IMG/VR virus record: IMGVR_UViG_3300020185_000051
Coordinates: 1 to 62,481 of that record
Length of the DNA stretch: 62,481 nucleotides
Direction: 5' to 3' (one strand)
Origin: a virus
Taxonomy: Duplodnaviria > Caudoviricetes
Shown: in pieces, positions 1-7,825 of the stretch
Position numbering within the stretch: the stretch's first letter is position 1
How the letters are laid out: each line of letters starts with the position of its first letter
Notes under the pieces: model-generated
What the model was told of the DNA's origin: nothing
Database searches by the model: none
What the model saw: only the letters and a program-made list of their open reading frames with translations
Made by a program: the position numbers and the translations under genes

Positions 1-68
1 ATATATACTCTCTGTTGATCTTTTAAAATTAAATAGCTTTGGTCACTTTTATTACATAGGAAGAAACG

Positions 69-806
69 ATGCCTAATATTATATTTGTAAGTTTTGAAAA
101 CGGTGGAGGCGGACATAAACTAGGCCGGGTATTAAGCACTTTGCCAGAAGTATATTGGTATAGTAACTATAACAATGGCATTTCGCCTTGGAATGTTCAC
201 TTTACAGATACTAGTATTATGCAACGTAATGTAAGCCGTTGGCATTTTGATAGGCTTGTACCAAAAGGAATGTTACCACCAACACACGATTATGTTAAGT
301 ATTTTGTACCTGATCCTAATGAATATTATTGCAATTATTTTGATCCTGAATTTGAACGTATGGGCGGCAAAGAAATTTTAAAAACACAAAATCTTATATA
401 TTGTAGCCATGAGATGCCAAATGAATTGGCACTAAGATTTCCAGATGCCAAGGTGCTAAATATAATTGATGATCCATTACAAGTTGCTGTTAGATATATG
501 GAGACTACTAGTTTGTTTCCTGCATACTTAAAATGCAAATGGCTTGATGGAGAAAATACTGGATACGGAAAACACTTAGCGTCTATTGCTAAAGAATTTG
601 GCAAGGGCTTTACTGTTAGAGATTTATGGTGTCATGATAAATTTGATGACATGTATTATCCAGAGTATGCAAACGAATATCAACAGTTTGTTGTTAATAT
701 GATTGATGATCGTGTTCAACAAAGAAGAGAAACTATCAATACTAACAATATTCTAAGTGTTGGCAAAAGAGACTATAAAACTATAAAGGAGTTTTTACGT
801 GATTGA
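69..806 (+). CDS. Sulfotransferase-like P-loop protein
   Basis: N-terminal strand-loop-helix IIFVSFENGGGGHKLGRVL; later YCSH and FPDAKVLNI resemble the sulfotransferase layout; SD-like AGGAAG upstream. Confidence 0.5.
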   Translation: MPNIIFVSFENGGGGHKLGRVLSTLPEVYWYSNYNNGISPWNVHFTDTSIMQRNVSRWHFDRLVPKGMLPPTHDYVKYFVPDPNEYYCNYFDPEFERMGGKEILKTQNLIYCSHEMPNELALRFPDAKVLNIIDDPLQVAVRYMETTSLFPAYLKCKWLDGENTGYGKHLASIAKEFGKGFTVRDLWCHDKFDDMYYPEYANEYQQFVVNMIDDRVQQRRETINTNNILSVGKRDYKTIKEFLRD

Positions 807-1530
807 TGAAAGTAAAATTATATTTTTCACTGGCGCACCAGGAAGCAAATGGAGTGCTGTAAGTAATGCTCTTAGCTTAACACCTAAAATTAAAGTTAAC
901 ACAACTGATAGAACAGACAATAGGGTGTATACACATCCAACTAAATTTAACAGTCAACAGCACTTGGGTACATATTTTGGTCCTGGTATGGAATTAGGGC
1001 ATAACTGGCATCAGTTACACAAATTAACTCGTGAAGAAATATTATCAGAAATAAATGGTGCTTGGACAGAAGAGCGTCCAGACGAATACCGCATTGTAAA
1101 AAGTCATGTTATCAGTAACAACTTGGATTGGATTGCGGAAAACTTTCCCAAGAGTAAAATTATGATTGTTTTTCGTCCTGTAGAAAGTTGCTATAAAGGA
1201 TGGTTTGGAGCAGGCGGATTTAATATTACATATCCAACATATGCTGATCATTATATTGATGAACCAACTATGCGTGGCAAGATTGAAGATGAGATTAAAG
1301 ATGCTAGAAGCTGGATATATAAAAAGCAATTAAACATACACGTTCTTACTCAAAGACATTGGGCAGAATATTGGGATATAGATCCGCTAATTCCAGATAC
1401 AAAAGAATTTAAAAACGTAAGAAGCATTGAGGGATATATGACAAACAAAAAGCGACCTGAAAGAGATATGACATACGATACAAACGTTGCATATTATAAC
1501 TTTCAAGATATAGATAGGAAGTTCTTATGA
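799..1530 (+). CDS. Sulfotransferase-family protein
   Basis: IIFFTGAPGSKWS (5'-PSB-like loop), IVKSH, FPKSKIMIVFRP (3'-PB-like Arg); GTG start after AAGGAG; overlaps upstream stop. Confidence 0.6.
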   Translation: MIDESKIIFFTGAPGSKWSAVSNALSLTPKIKVNTTDRTDNRVYTHPTKFNSQQHLGTYFGPGMELGHNWHQLHKLTREEILSEINGAWTEERPDEYRIVKSHVISNNLDWIAENFPKSKIMIVFRPVESCYKGWFGAGGFNITYPTYADHYIDEPTMRGKIEDEIKDARSWIYKKQLNIHVLTQRHWAEYWDIDPLIPDTKEFKNVRSIEGYMTNKKRPERDMTYDTNVAYYNFQDIDRKFL

Positions 1531-2654
1531 AGGCAGTTGTACTATTAATAAACCCAGAAAGACAACATAGTTGGAAATATGATGTTGCAAAAAACTATAC
1601 GCAATTAAACTTTGATTACTGCATGGCTGATCGTGTAGGAGATAGTGACTATTCATTTTATGAAACTGACGACTATCGTAAAATTCCCATGGACAAATAT
1701 GAATATCTAATTATATTAAATCCTGGTATTATATTTGAATATAGTTATTGGGAAAGCAGCGTTCGCAAACAAGTTGAAGAATGTGATGCAGGCCTTATTA
1801 GTTTTGATAACGAAAATATTGCAGTAGTGAAACCAGGAAGAACTGGAGAGGCTCACATAGAGTTAAACAGACATTATCCTTTTATTGATAGTACTAATGA
1901 TGATACTTTTGCACTAAGCCACAGTGGCGTTATGGCAACATTGACACACAACAGTAATATTAGTTATATTATCCACAATGAAATTCCCAAGCCAAAAAAA
2001 CTGCATGATCACTTGGATTTTGCAATGACAGTTAGTAGCGGTTTTTACATTAACTATGTTTTAAACCTAAGTACATTTGATAAAAAGACTCGTATACACC
2101 ATTTAGACGTTAGTCCAATGAGTTTGTATGTGAGAGAATATACCATCAAAAATTGGGATGGTCATAATTATTATGATTGGATGGACCATATCTATGAAAA
2201 ATTTCCAATGCTTGAAATATACAACGGAAAAAACAGATTACACAGTCATCACAAAGCGGCACGTAAATGCTGGGATCATGTTATTGAAACATTTGGCGAA
2301 GAAGGCTGGGTAGAACATTGGCAAAAATACAAACAATGTAAGCATACATTTAACCACGTTAATTTTAGTGACAATCAATTGTTACACAAAACATTAAAAA
2401 AGCTAAAGCTAGAAGGCAATGGTGCTTTTTGGTGGAACGGTGCTCTAAAAAGATTGCCTGCTAATGTTATGAAAACTAGTGATCAGAGCTTTGAAAATTC
2501 CAGGCTCTTCGTGAACACTTTAAGCCAGTATAATCCCCAAATAGCAGTATATGGCAATGACCACTGCAAAAATGAATTTAACGGAATCAGCGTTGCGGAA
2601 GCCCTTATTTCTATGGGCGAAAACAGTAGGAAATCATTATGGAAACGTTTCTAG
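1527..2654 (+). CDS. Hypothetical enzyme, 375 aa (possible Rossmann-like region)
   Basis: Long ORF coupled by ATGA overlap; IHHLDVSPMSL is weakly reminiscent of SAM-binding motif II. Confidence 0.55.
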   Translation: MKAVVLLINPERQHSWKYDVAKNYTQLNFDYCMADRVGDSDYSFYETDDYRKIPMDKYEYLIILNPGIIFEYSYWESSVRKQVEECDAGLISFDNENIAVVKPGRTGEAHIELNRHYPFIDSTNDDTFALSHSGVMATLTHNSNISYIIHNEIPKPKKLHDHLDFAMTVSSGFYINYVLNLSTFDKKTRIHHLDVSPMSLYVREYTIKNWDGHNYYDWMDHIYEKFPMLEIYNGKNRLHSHHKAARKCWDHVIETFGEEGWVEHWQKYKQCKHTFNHVNFSDNQLLHKTLKKLKLEGNGAFWWNGALKRLPANVMKTSDQSFENSRLFVNTLSQYNPQIAVYGNDHCKNEFNGISVAEALISMGENSRKSLWKRF

Positions 2655-3265
2655 GCGTTTCGTGCGTTCCAGACCATAAGATATACCTAAGTACATTAAG
2701 TGGAGGATTGGATAGTTTTTTATTAACTTACATGATTCTTAACGATTTGCCCAACAGTAAAGTTGTGCTTAGTACTGCAACTCATAAACATCTCAATTAC
2801 TATAATGTAGAATATGTAAATGGTATTAGAGAAAAGTTTGATGAATTATTTCCCAACAGAATTATAGAACACAAGATAGTTAAATATAATGATAGAGCAG
2901 ATGCAAGAGCAAGGCGTGGTAGTGTTACTCGTGCATTAGTAGAAAAACATAATATTGATGGATTGTTTAGTGGGATGACGGCAAATCCGTCTGATGTTGA
3001 AAATCTACTGACTGATGATAGAGATTTCACAAGAGATACTCCTGGCGAGGAGAAGACACATAGTATGGTAATAAATGGAAAGATTGTATATCATTATCAG
3101 CCATTTGTCAACTATACTAAGAAAAAAGTAGCTGAGCTATATCAGCAATATGACATTATGGACTTAACAGCATTAACTATAAGCTGTGAAAGTAAAACAC
3201 CACCACGCCCATGTAAGGACTGCTGGTGGTGTCGTGAAAAGCACTGGGCTTTTAATTTTTATTAA
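2639..3265 (+). CDS. QueC-like PP-loop ATPase (7-cyano-7-deazaguanine synthase-like)
   Basis: LSGGLDS PP-loop, QPFVNYTKKKV, C-terminal Zn site SC-x8-CKDCWWC. Confidence 0.7.
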   Translation: METFLGVSCVPDHKIYLSTLSGGLDSFLLTYMILNDLPNSKVVLSTATHKHLNYYNVEYVNGIREKFDELFPNRIIEHKIVKYNDRADARARRGSVTRALVEKHNIDGLFSGMTANPSDVENLLTDDRDFTRDTPGEEKTHSMVINGKIVYHYQPFVNYTKKKVAELYQQYDIMDLTALTISCESKTPPRPCKDCWWCREKHWAFNFY

Positions 3266-3585
3266 TTTTCGAACCAACCTTCTGGTTTTGCTGGTGTCTC
3301 TTCAGATTCTTCAATAAATTCTACTGAAAAAATACCTGGCTTACGTAGTGTAGGTATGCTGTCTGTTCTGAAGTGTGTATTTCGAGCTTCAACATTTTCA
3401 TATGTTAATGTACGAACTACTGAACGTTTGTCTGCTTCTAGTTCTAGCACTACACTTGTTAGTCCTGGAATGCTTTCCATAAGATCATCGAATGAAATGC
3501 TATGCGCTGTTTGCCATGATGCTGTATCTTCCCAAGTCTGGTCTGCAGATAGAAGTGAAGTCATCTTTGATTTTAATGTGTACAT
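3262..3585 (-). CDS. Hypothetical protein, 107 aa
   Basis: Strong SD AAGGAGGT and late-type promoter GATAAATA (3618-3625) upstream. Confidence 0.7.
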   Translation of the reverse strand: MYTLKSKMTSLLSADQTWEDTASWQTAHSISFDDLMESIPGLTSVVLELEADKRSVVRTLTYENVEARNTHFRTDSIPTLRKPGIFSVEFIEESEETPAKPEGWFEN

Positions 3586-3638
3586 TAGTTGTACCTCCTT
3601 TGGTTATATAACATATATATTTATCTGAAAAGCAAATG

Positions 3639-3671
3639 AAAACCCTTGATACATTGTACCAAGGGTTTTTT
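3639..3671. terminator. Intrinsic terminator downstream of the tRNA cluster (possibly bidirectional)
   Basis: AAAACCCTTG...CAAGGGTTTT inverted repeat with A/T tracts. Confidence 0.7.
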
Positions 3672-3676
3672 AAAAT

Positions 3677-3752
3677 TGGTGGAGCATAGCGGGATCGAAC
3701 CGCTGACCCCCTGCTTGCAAAGCAGGTGCTCTCCCAGCTGAGCTAATGCCCC
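3677..3752 (-). tRNA. tRNA-Ala (TGC)
   Basis: GGGGCATTAGCTCAGCTGGGAGAGCACCTGCTTTGCAAGCAGG...GTTCGATCC...CTCCACCA; 76 nt, encoded CCA. Confidence 0.97.
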
Positions 3753-3807
3753 AATTAAAATTATTTATCTTTTATGTGTCCTATCGTTACATAATACAAT
3801 TACTAAT

Positions 3808-3891
3808 TGGTGCGGATGGAGAGACTCGAACTCTCACGCCGTGAAGCACAAGTACCTAAAACTTGCGTGTCTACCATTCCACCACATCCGC
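3808..3891 (-). tRNA. tRNA-Leu (TAG)
   Basis: GCGGATGTGGTGGAATGGTAGACACGCAAGTTTTAGGTACTTG, long variable arm, GTTCGAGT, CCA end. Confidence 0.95.
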
Positions 3892-3899
3892 TAAATTAA

Positions 3900-3975
3900 T
3901 GGTGCTCCTACACGGACTTGAACCGCGGACCTACTGATTACAAATCAGTTGCTCTACCAGCTGAGCTACAGGAGC
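3900..3975 (-). tRNA. tRNA-Thr (TGT)
   Basis: GCTCCTGTAGCTCAGCTGGTAGAGCAACTGATTTGTAATCAGT...GTTCAAGT...GGAGCACCA; 76 nt. Confidence 0.97.
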
Positions 3976-3993
3976 GTTATTAACTACTAATAT

Positions 3994-4042
3994 TATTTAT
4001 CTTCTATTCCATTATACTATATTAAACACCATTGAAAGTCAA
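3994..4042 (-). promoter_or_regulatory. Tandem sigma70-type and late-type promoters for the tRNA cluster
   Basis: TTGACT(4042-4037)-N17-TAGTAT(4019-4014), followed by GATAAATA (4001-3994). Confidence 0.6.
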
Positions 4043-4045
4043 GTT

Positions 4046-5371
4046 TTAATTTAGTAGTTCACGTGATTCTTTTAGTGCTTGTCTGCGTACTCCCATTTGG
4101 AATGCCCATTCTTTTTCGCGATATGAATCGAGTGCTGGATTATTCCAAGCCCAGTCGCCAATCATCTGTTGTACATGTTTAGCTTGTGAAACTTCTATAG
4201 GTTGTCCACCGTCTGGTTCTTGTCCTTGAACATCTTCTGCTTTACGATGCATTTCATTTAATCTTGCATAATTATAATTGATTTCAGGATTAAGCCATAC
4301 ATCAAGTCCACGCATAATGACAGTCTGTATTGTAACATTAGTATTTGGGTGTGCGTTATCTCTAATGTCCAAACCTAAATAATAGTCTAATTCAACTGCT
4401 ACATGATCCAAGTATTCTGCTGTTTTAATCATATACGCAGGTGCTTGACCGCCACGTATCGAGTCAACTGTTGATCCATTTTTTGATGCGCCGCCAGCAA
4501 TGTTTGTAGCGACCCATATGGCTTCGTTAATGTAGTCACTGTTTTTATAGTACAGGCCTGTTAGTGCTAAATGATAAGCATAACGTGCTGCACCATTATC
4601 ACATAACCCATGGCTACCATCTTTTGTGCCACGTCTGTACACACTACTAAAATTAGGGTGTTGTGGATTGTTATCGTTTATGATAGGACATTTTTCAATG
4701 TCACGTGCCCAAACACTTGAGGTATTATACTTTTCAGTTTTCTCCCAGTAGGCTAGCATTTTGTTATCTAGTTCTTTGGATCGAACACCTGCCCAATCTC
4801 CAAATACATAGTACGTGTGAAAAATACTATAGCGTATATTATCGTTTGGTATATCTAATTGGAAACCAAAATCATCACGTACATCTTTAAGTACAAATGC
4901 TTCCTTTTCAATCCACATTGGAAGTGCTTCATTAAAAAACTCGTTTACAAATTCATGCTTTTCATCATGAGCGTAAAAGTATGCCATTGAAAATGATATT
5001 GCAGCACTACATCGTTGCACTCTATTTGCGTTTGTGTCGTCTTTATTTCCTTGCCAGGCAAACATTGCTTGGTCTTGTTTCAACATGCTTAGGCACTTCA
5101 TAGAATATTCAAGTACCCGTGGGCGCATATATGTATCGAAGTCTTGCCAGTGTGTGTTTGCAATACGTTTATAATCTTCTGGATTTTCAATAAAAACAAA
5201 TTTGTCATAATCAAACTGATACTGTGGCGAATAATCAATCAGCTTACTTCGATTGATGTTCATATTTGGCGCTGTATCAAAAGGACGCAACTTTGGCTTA
5301 ATTGAAGTCTCAGGGGCACCAGCATTTACTGCATTGGCCACTAATATTAAAGGTATCAAAAATTTAAACAT
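4046..5371 (-). CDS. Secreted protein with alginate-lyase-like (alpha/alpha toroid) C-terminal region
   Basis: Signal peptide MFKFLIPLILVANAVNA; LALTGLYYKNSDYINEAI...NGSTVDSIRGGQAPAY...LGLDI follows the PL5-type pattern. Confidence 0.55.
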   Translation of the reverse strand: MFKFLIPLILVANAVNAGAPETSIKPKLRPFDTAPNMNINRSKLIDYSPQYQFDYDKFVFIENPEDYKRIANTHWQDFDTYMRPRVLEYSMKCLSMLKQDQAMFAWQGNKDDTNANRVQRCSAAISFSMAYFYAHDEKHEFVNEFFNEALPMWIEKEAFVLKDVRDDFGFQLDIPNDNIRYSIFHTYYVFGDWAGVRSKELDNKMLAYWEKTEKYNTSSVWARDIEKCPIINDNNPQHPNFSSVYRRGTKDGSHGLCDNGAARYAYHLALTGLYYKNSDYINEAIWVATNIAGGASKNGSTVDSIRGGQAPAYMIKTAEYLDHVAVELDYYLGLDIRDNAHPNTNVTIQTVIMRGLDVWLNPEINYNYARLNEMHRKAEDVQGQEPDGGQPIEVSQAKHVQQMIGDWAWNNPALDSYREKEWAFQMGVRRQALKESRELLN

Positions 5372-5381
5372 ATCCCACTCC

Positions 5382-5666
5382 TTATACCAGTTCTGGAAAC
5401 ATCCGTTTTACATAATTACGAATAATTACATCTGTGTCATTATTAACTTCACTTGCTAACATACGTGGCGTTACTGCACCATATGTAAATATTTGATCTT
5501 TAGCCACACGCAATAACTCACGCTTATTCAACATTTGGACATCGTCAACTGATGTGCCGTTGACCACCGCACTTAATACATAGTCGCTTACGTCTGAATG
5601 TGACATGGGGATTTCAACTTTGGCGTTAATACGTTTTACGCCATCAGGTCCTGATTTGGCTCTCAT
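5382..5666 (-). CDS. Hypothetical protein, 94 aa
   Basis: ORF with SD-like GAGAG, directly after a sigma70-type promoter. Confidence 0.7.
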   Translation of the reverse strand: MRAKSGPDGVKRINAKVEIPMSHSDVSDYVLSAVVNGTSVDDVQMLNKRELLRVAKDQIFTYGAVTPRMLASEVNNDTDVIIRNYVKRMFPELV

Positions 5667-5702
5667 TTATTTCTCTCATTGTTAGTGTTAATTTACTCTA
5701 TC

Positions 5703-5731
5703 ATACTAACAACCGAAACAAAGAATGTCAA
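5703..5731 (-). promoter_or_regulatory. Sigma70-type early promoter
   Basis: TTGACA-N17-TAGTAT with AT-rich upstream region. Confidence 0.7.
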
Positions 5732-5769
5732 GTAAAAAGTATTACTTTTATAAACTTTTTTTGCTTTTT

Positions 5770-6084
5770 TTAATCATCTGCATTTGTATCTGGACTACTT
5801 CCAACTATAACTGCATTATAGATACCGTCTAAGCCTATGGTATCGCTTATTCTTGCAATTGGTTCACTGTCTCCATTAACTGTGCCACTTGCACTGCTAA
5901 TTCTATCTTTGTGACCGCAATCTGTAGTTACTTCATCTTTTAATCTAGCAGCACCTTTGCCATTTACGATAACGGTGCTGCTTGCTTTAGTTATTGTGCC
6001 GCCTGTTGATATAGGAGTCAGATGAGAAGGATGACTGCATATTCCTGTCGTCCTGTCACCTAATCTTGCGATACCGCGAGCCAT
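5770..6084 (-). CDS. PAAR-repeat spike tip protein (gp5.4-like)
   Basis: IARLGD, VIVNGKGAARLKD, CGH, PIARISD repeats. Confidence 0.85.
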   Translation of the reverse strand: MARGIARLGDRTTGICSHPSHLTPISTGGTITKASSTVIVNGKGAARLKDEVTTDCGHKDRISSASGTVNGDSEPIARISDTIGLDGIYNAVIVGSSPDTNADD

Positions 6085-6087
6085 TTT

Positions 6088-6381
6088 TTATACTGCCGCT
6101 ACCAGGCCACTGGTATTTTGGGTATACATATCTGCTGCATCTTTAGCAGTTTTTGTAATACAAATAATACCTGTGTTTTTAATTTTCATTTTACCTGATG
6201 GATTAACAGTAAACATGAATGGAGCAAAGCCCACGCCGTTTTCTGTTGCCATCAACATTAGTGGTTTACTAACTGTGCATGCAGATCCGTCTTCTGAATC
6301 TAAACGTGCAACCATTTCTTCTCCTGATGTAATTTTAATACTAACTACATCGCCCACTGTATAAGGTGCTTCAATAATCAT
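6088..6381 (-). CDS. Conserved phage protein, Sm/SH3-like fold
   Basis: DVVSIKITSGEEMVARL...VSKP...FAPFM...YTQNTSGL pattern. Confidence 0.6.
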   Translation of the reverse strand: MIIEAPYTVGDVVSIKITSGEEMVARLDSEDGSACTVSKPLMLMATENGVGFAPFMFTVNPSGKMKIKNTGIICITKTAKDAADMYTQNTSGLVAAV

Positions 6382-6629
6382 AATGTCATTCCTGTTCCGT
6401 TATATCCTGTTTCTTCCAAGTACGTAATTAAATTGTCTTTCGTACCAATTATTGTTCCGTTAATTTTAATCTGTGGAAATGTTCTTGCGCCAGGGAAGTT
6501 TTCAAATATTTCTTCTCTAGTAAAATCTACATCTAATTGTTTGTAGACATAATCAAGTTGTCGTTTCTCACAAATTGTTTTTGCTTGATCGCAATGCGGA
6601 CAAGCAGGTTTACCCCAAATTTCAATCAT
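6378..6629 (-). CDS. nrdC: Glutaredoxin
   Basis: CPHC active site, RTFPQI cis-Pro motif; follows nrdB. Confidence 0.9.
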   Translation of the reverse strand: MIEIWGKPACPHCDQAKTICEKRQLDYVYKQLDVDFTREEIFENFPGARTFPQIKINGTIIGTKDNLITYLEETGYNGTGMTL

Positions 6630-7753
6630 AAACTAAATCCTTTAAATGTGTCTTCACTGACGTCTTTCTTAACACCGCCAATGACATAAGAGCTGATTTC
6701 AGTCTCTTGTGGTGCAACTTGTACCTCTGCACCTGAGATCCACTTTTGCGTCCACGGCAGTGGGTTAGATTGTGGTGTTGAATATGGACATTTAAGTCCT
6801 AGAGCAGTCATACGTTTACACGCAATCCACTCGATATATTGATTAAGTAGTTCAGCGTTTAGCCCAATCATTGATCCGTCTTTAAAAAGATACTCTGCCC
6901 ATTCTTTTTCTTGCTCAACTGCATCTACAAACATTTTTACAATTTCTGGTTCACATTCTTTAGCAATTTTAGCAAAGTCTGGATCTTCTTGTTTTAATAC
7001 TTTTGAAAGCAAATACTGTGTTGATCCTAAATGTACATTCTCATCACGAGCAATAAACTTAATAATTTTAGCATTGCCTTCCATTTTTTTCAGTTCAGCA
7101 AATGCCCAGCTACATGCAAATGATACATAGAAGCGAATTCCTTCAAGTACATTAACACTGTTAATACACATCCAAATTAGTTTCTTTAGTTCATATTTGT
7201 CAACTGTAATTTTTTTGCCGTTAACTGTGTGCGTGCCTTCTCCCAATAACTGATACCATTGTGTGTATTCAATTAAGTCATCATAGTACTTTGAAATGTC
7301 ATCTGCACACTCTGTAATACGTGGATTATCCATCATAGTATCAAATACTACACTAGGGTCTGAATAAACATTACGAATAATATGTGTATATGAGCGTGAG
7401 TGTATTGTTTCACTAAATGCCCAAGTTTCAATCCAAGTTTCCAATTCTGGCAATGTTACAATAGGAAGCAATGCTAAGTTAGGACTACGTCCTTGTACAC
7501 TATCCAAAAGAATCTGACGCTTCAGATTACTTGTAAAAATATGACGTTCATGATCAGTTAAGTCTTTAAAATCCTTGCTGTCTTTACTAACATCTACTTC
7601 TTGTGGTTGCCAAAAAAAGCCTAACTGCTTCTCAGTTAGTTTGTCAAATTGTTTATATTTCATTACATCATAACGTTGCATGCCTAGGCCTTCGTCTAAG
7701 AATGCCAACTGGTCTGTGTGATGTTTTTTATTCTCTGTATTCAAAACTGCCAT
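6626..7753 (-). CDS. nrdB: Ribonucleotide reductase class Ia beta subunit
   Basis: FFWQPQEV, LDSVQGRSP, SETIHSRSY, LEGIRFYVSF, RDENVH, QVAPQETEISSY. Confidence 0.97.
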   Translation of the reverse strand: MAVLNTENKKHHTDQLAFLDEGLGMQRYDVMKYKQFDKLTEKQLGFFWQPQEVDVSKDSKDFKDLTDHERHIFTSNLKRQILLDSVQGRSPNLALLPIVTLPELETWIETWAFSETIHSRSYTHIIRNVYSDPSVVFDTMMDNPRITECADDISKYYDDLIEYTQWYQLLGEGTHTVNGKKITVDKYELKKLIWMCINSVNVLEGIRFYVSFACSWAFAELKKMEGNAKIIKFIARDENVHLGSTQYLLSKVLKQEDPDFAKIAKECEPEIVKMFVDAVEQEKEWAEYLFKDGSMIGLNAELLNQYIEWIACKRMTALGLKCPYSTPQSNPLPWTQKWISGAEVQVAPQETEISSYVIGGVKKDVSEDTFKGFSL

Positions 7754-7825
7754 TTATTCGGCCCCTATAAGTTTTTCACTATGTAATCATAGTACACTAT
7801 TCAACTGTTTATGTCGATTAGTTTT

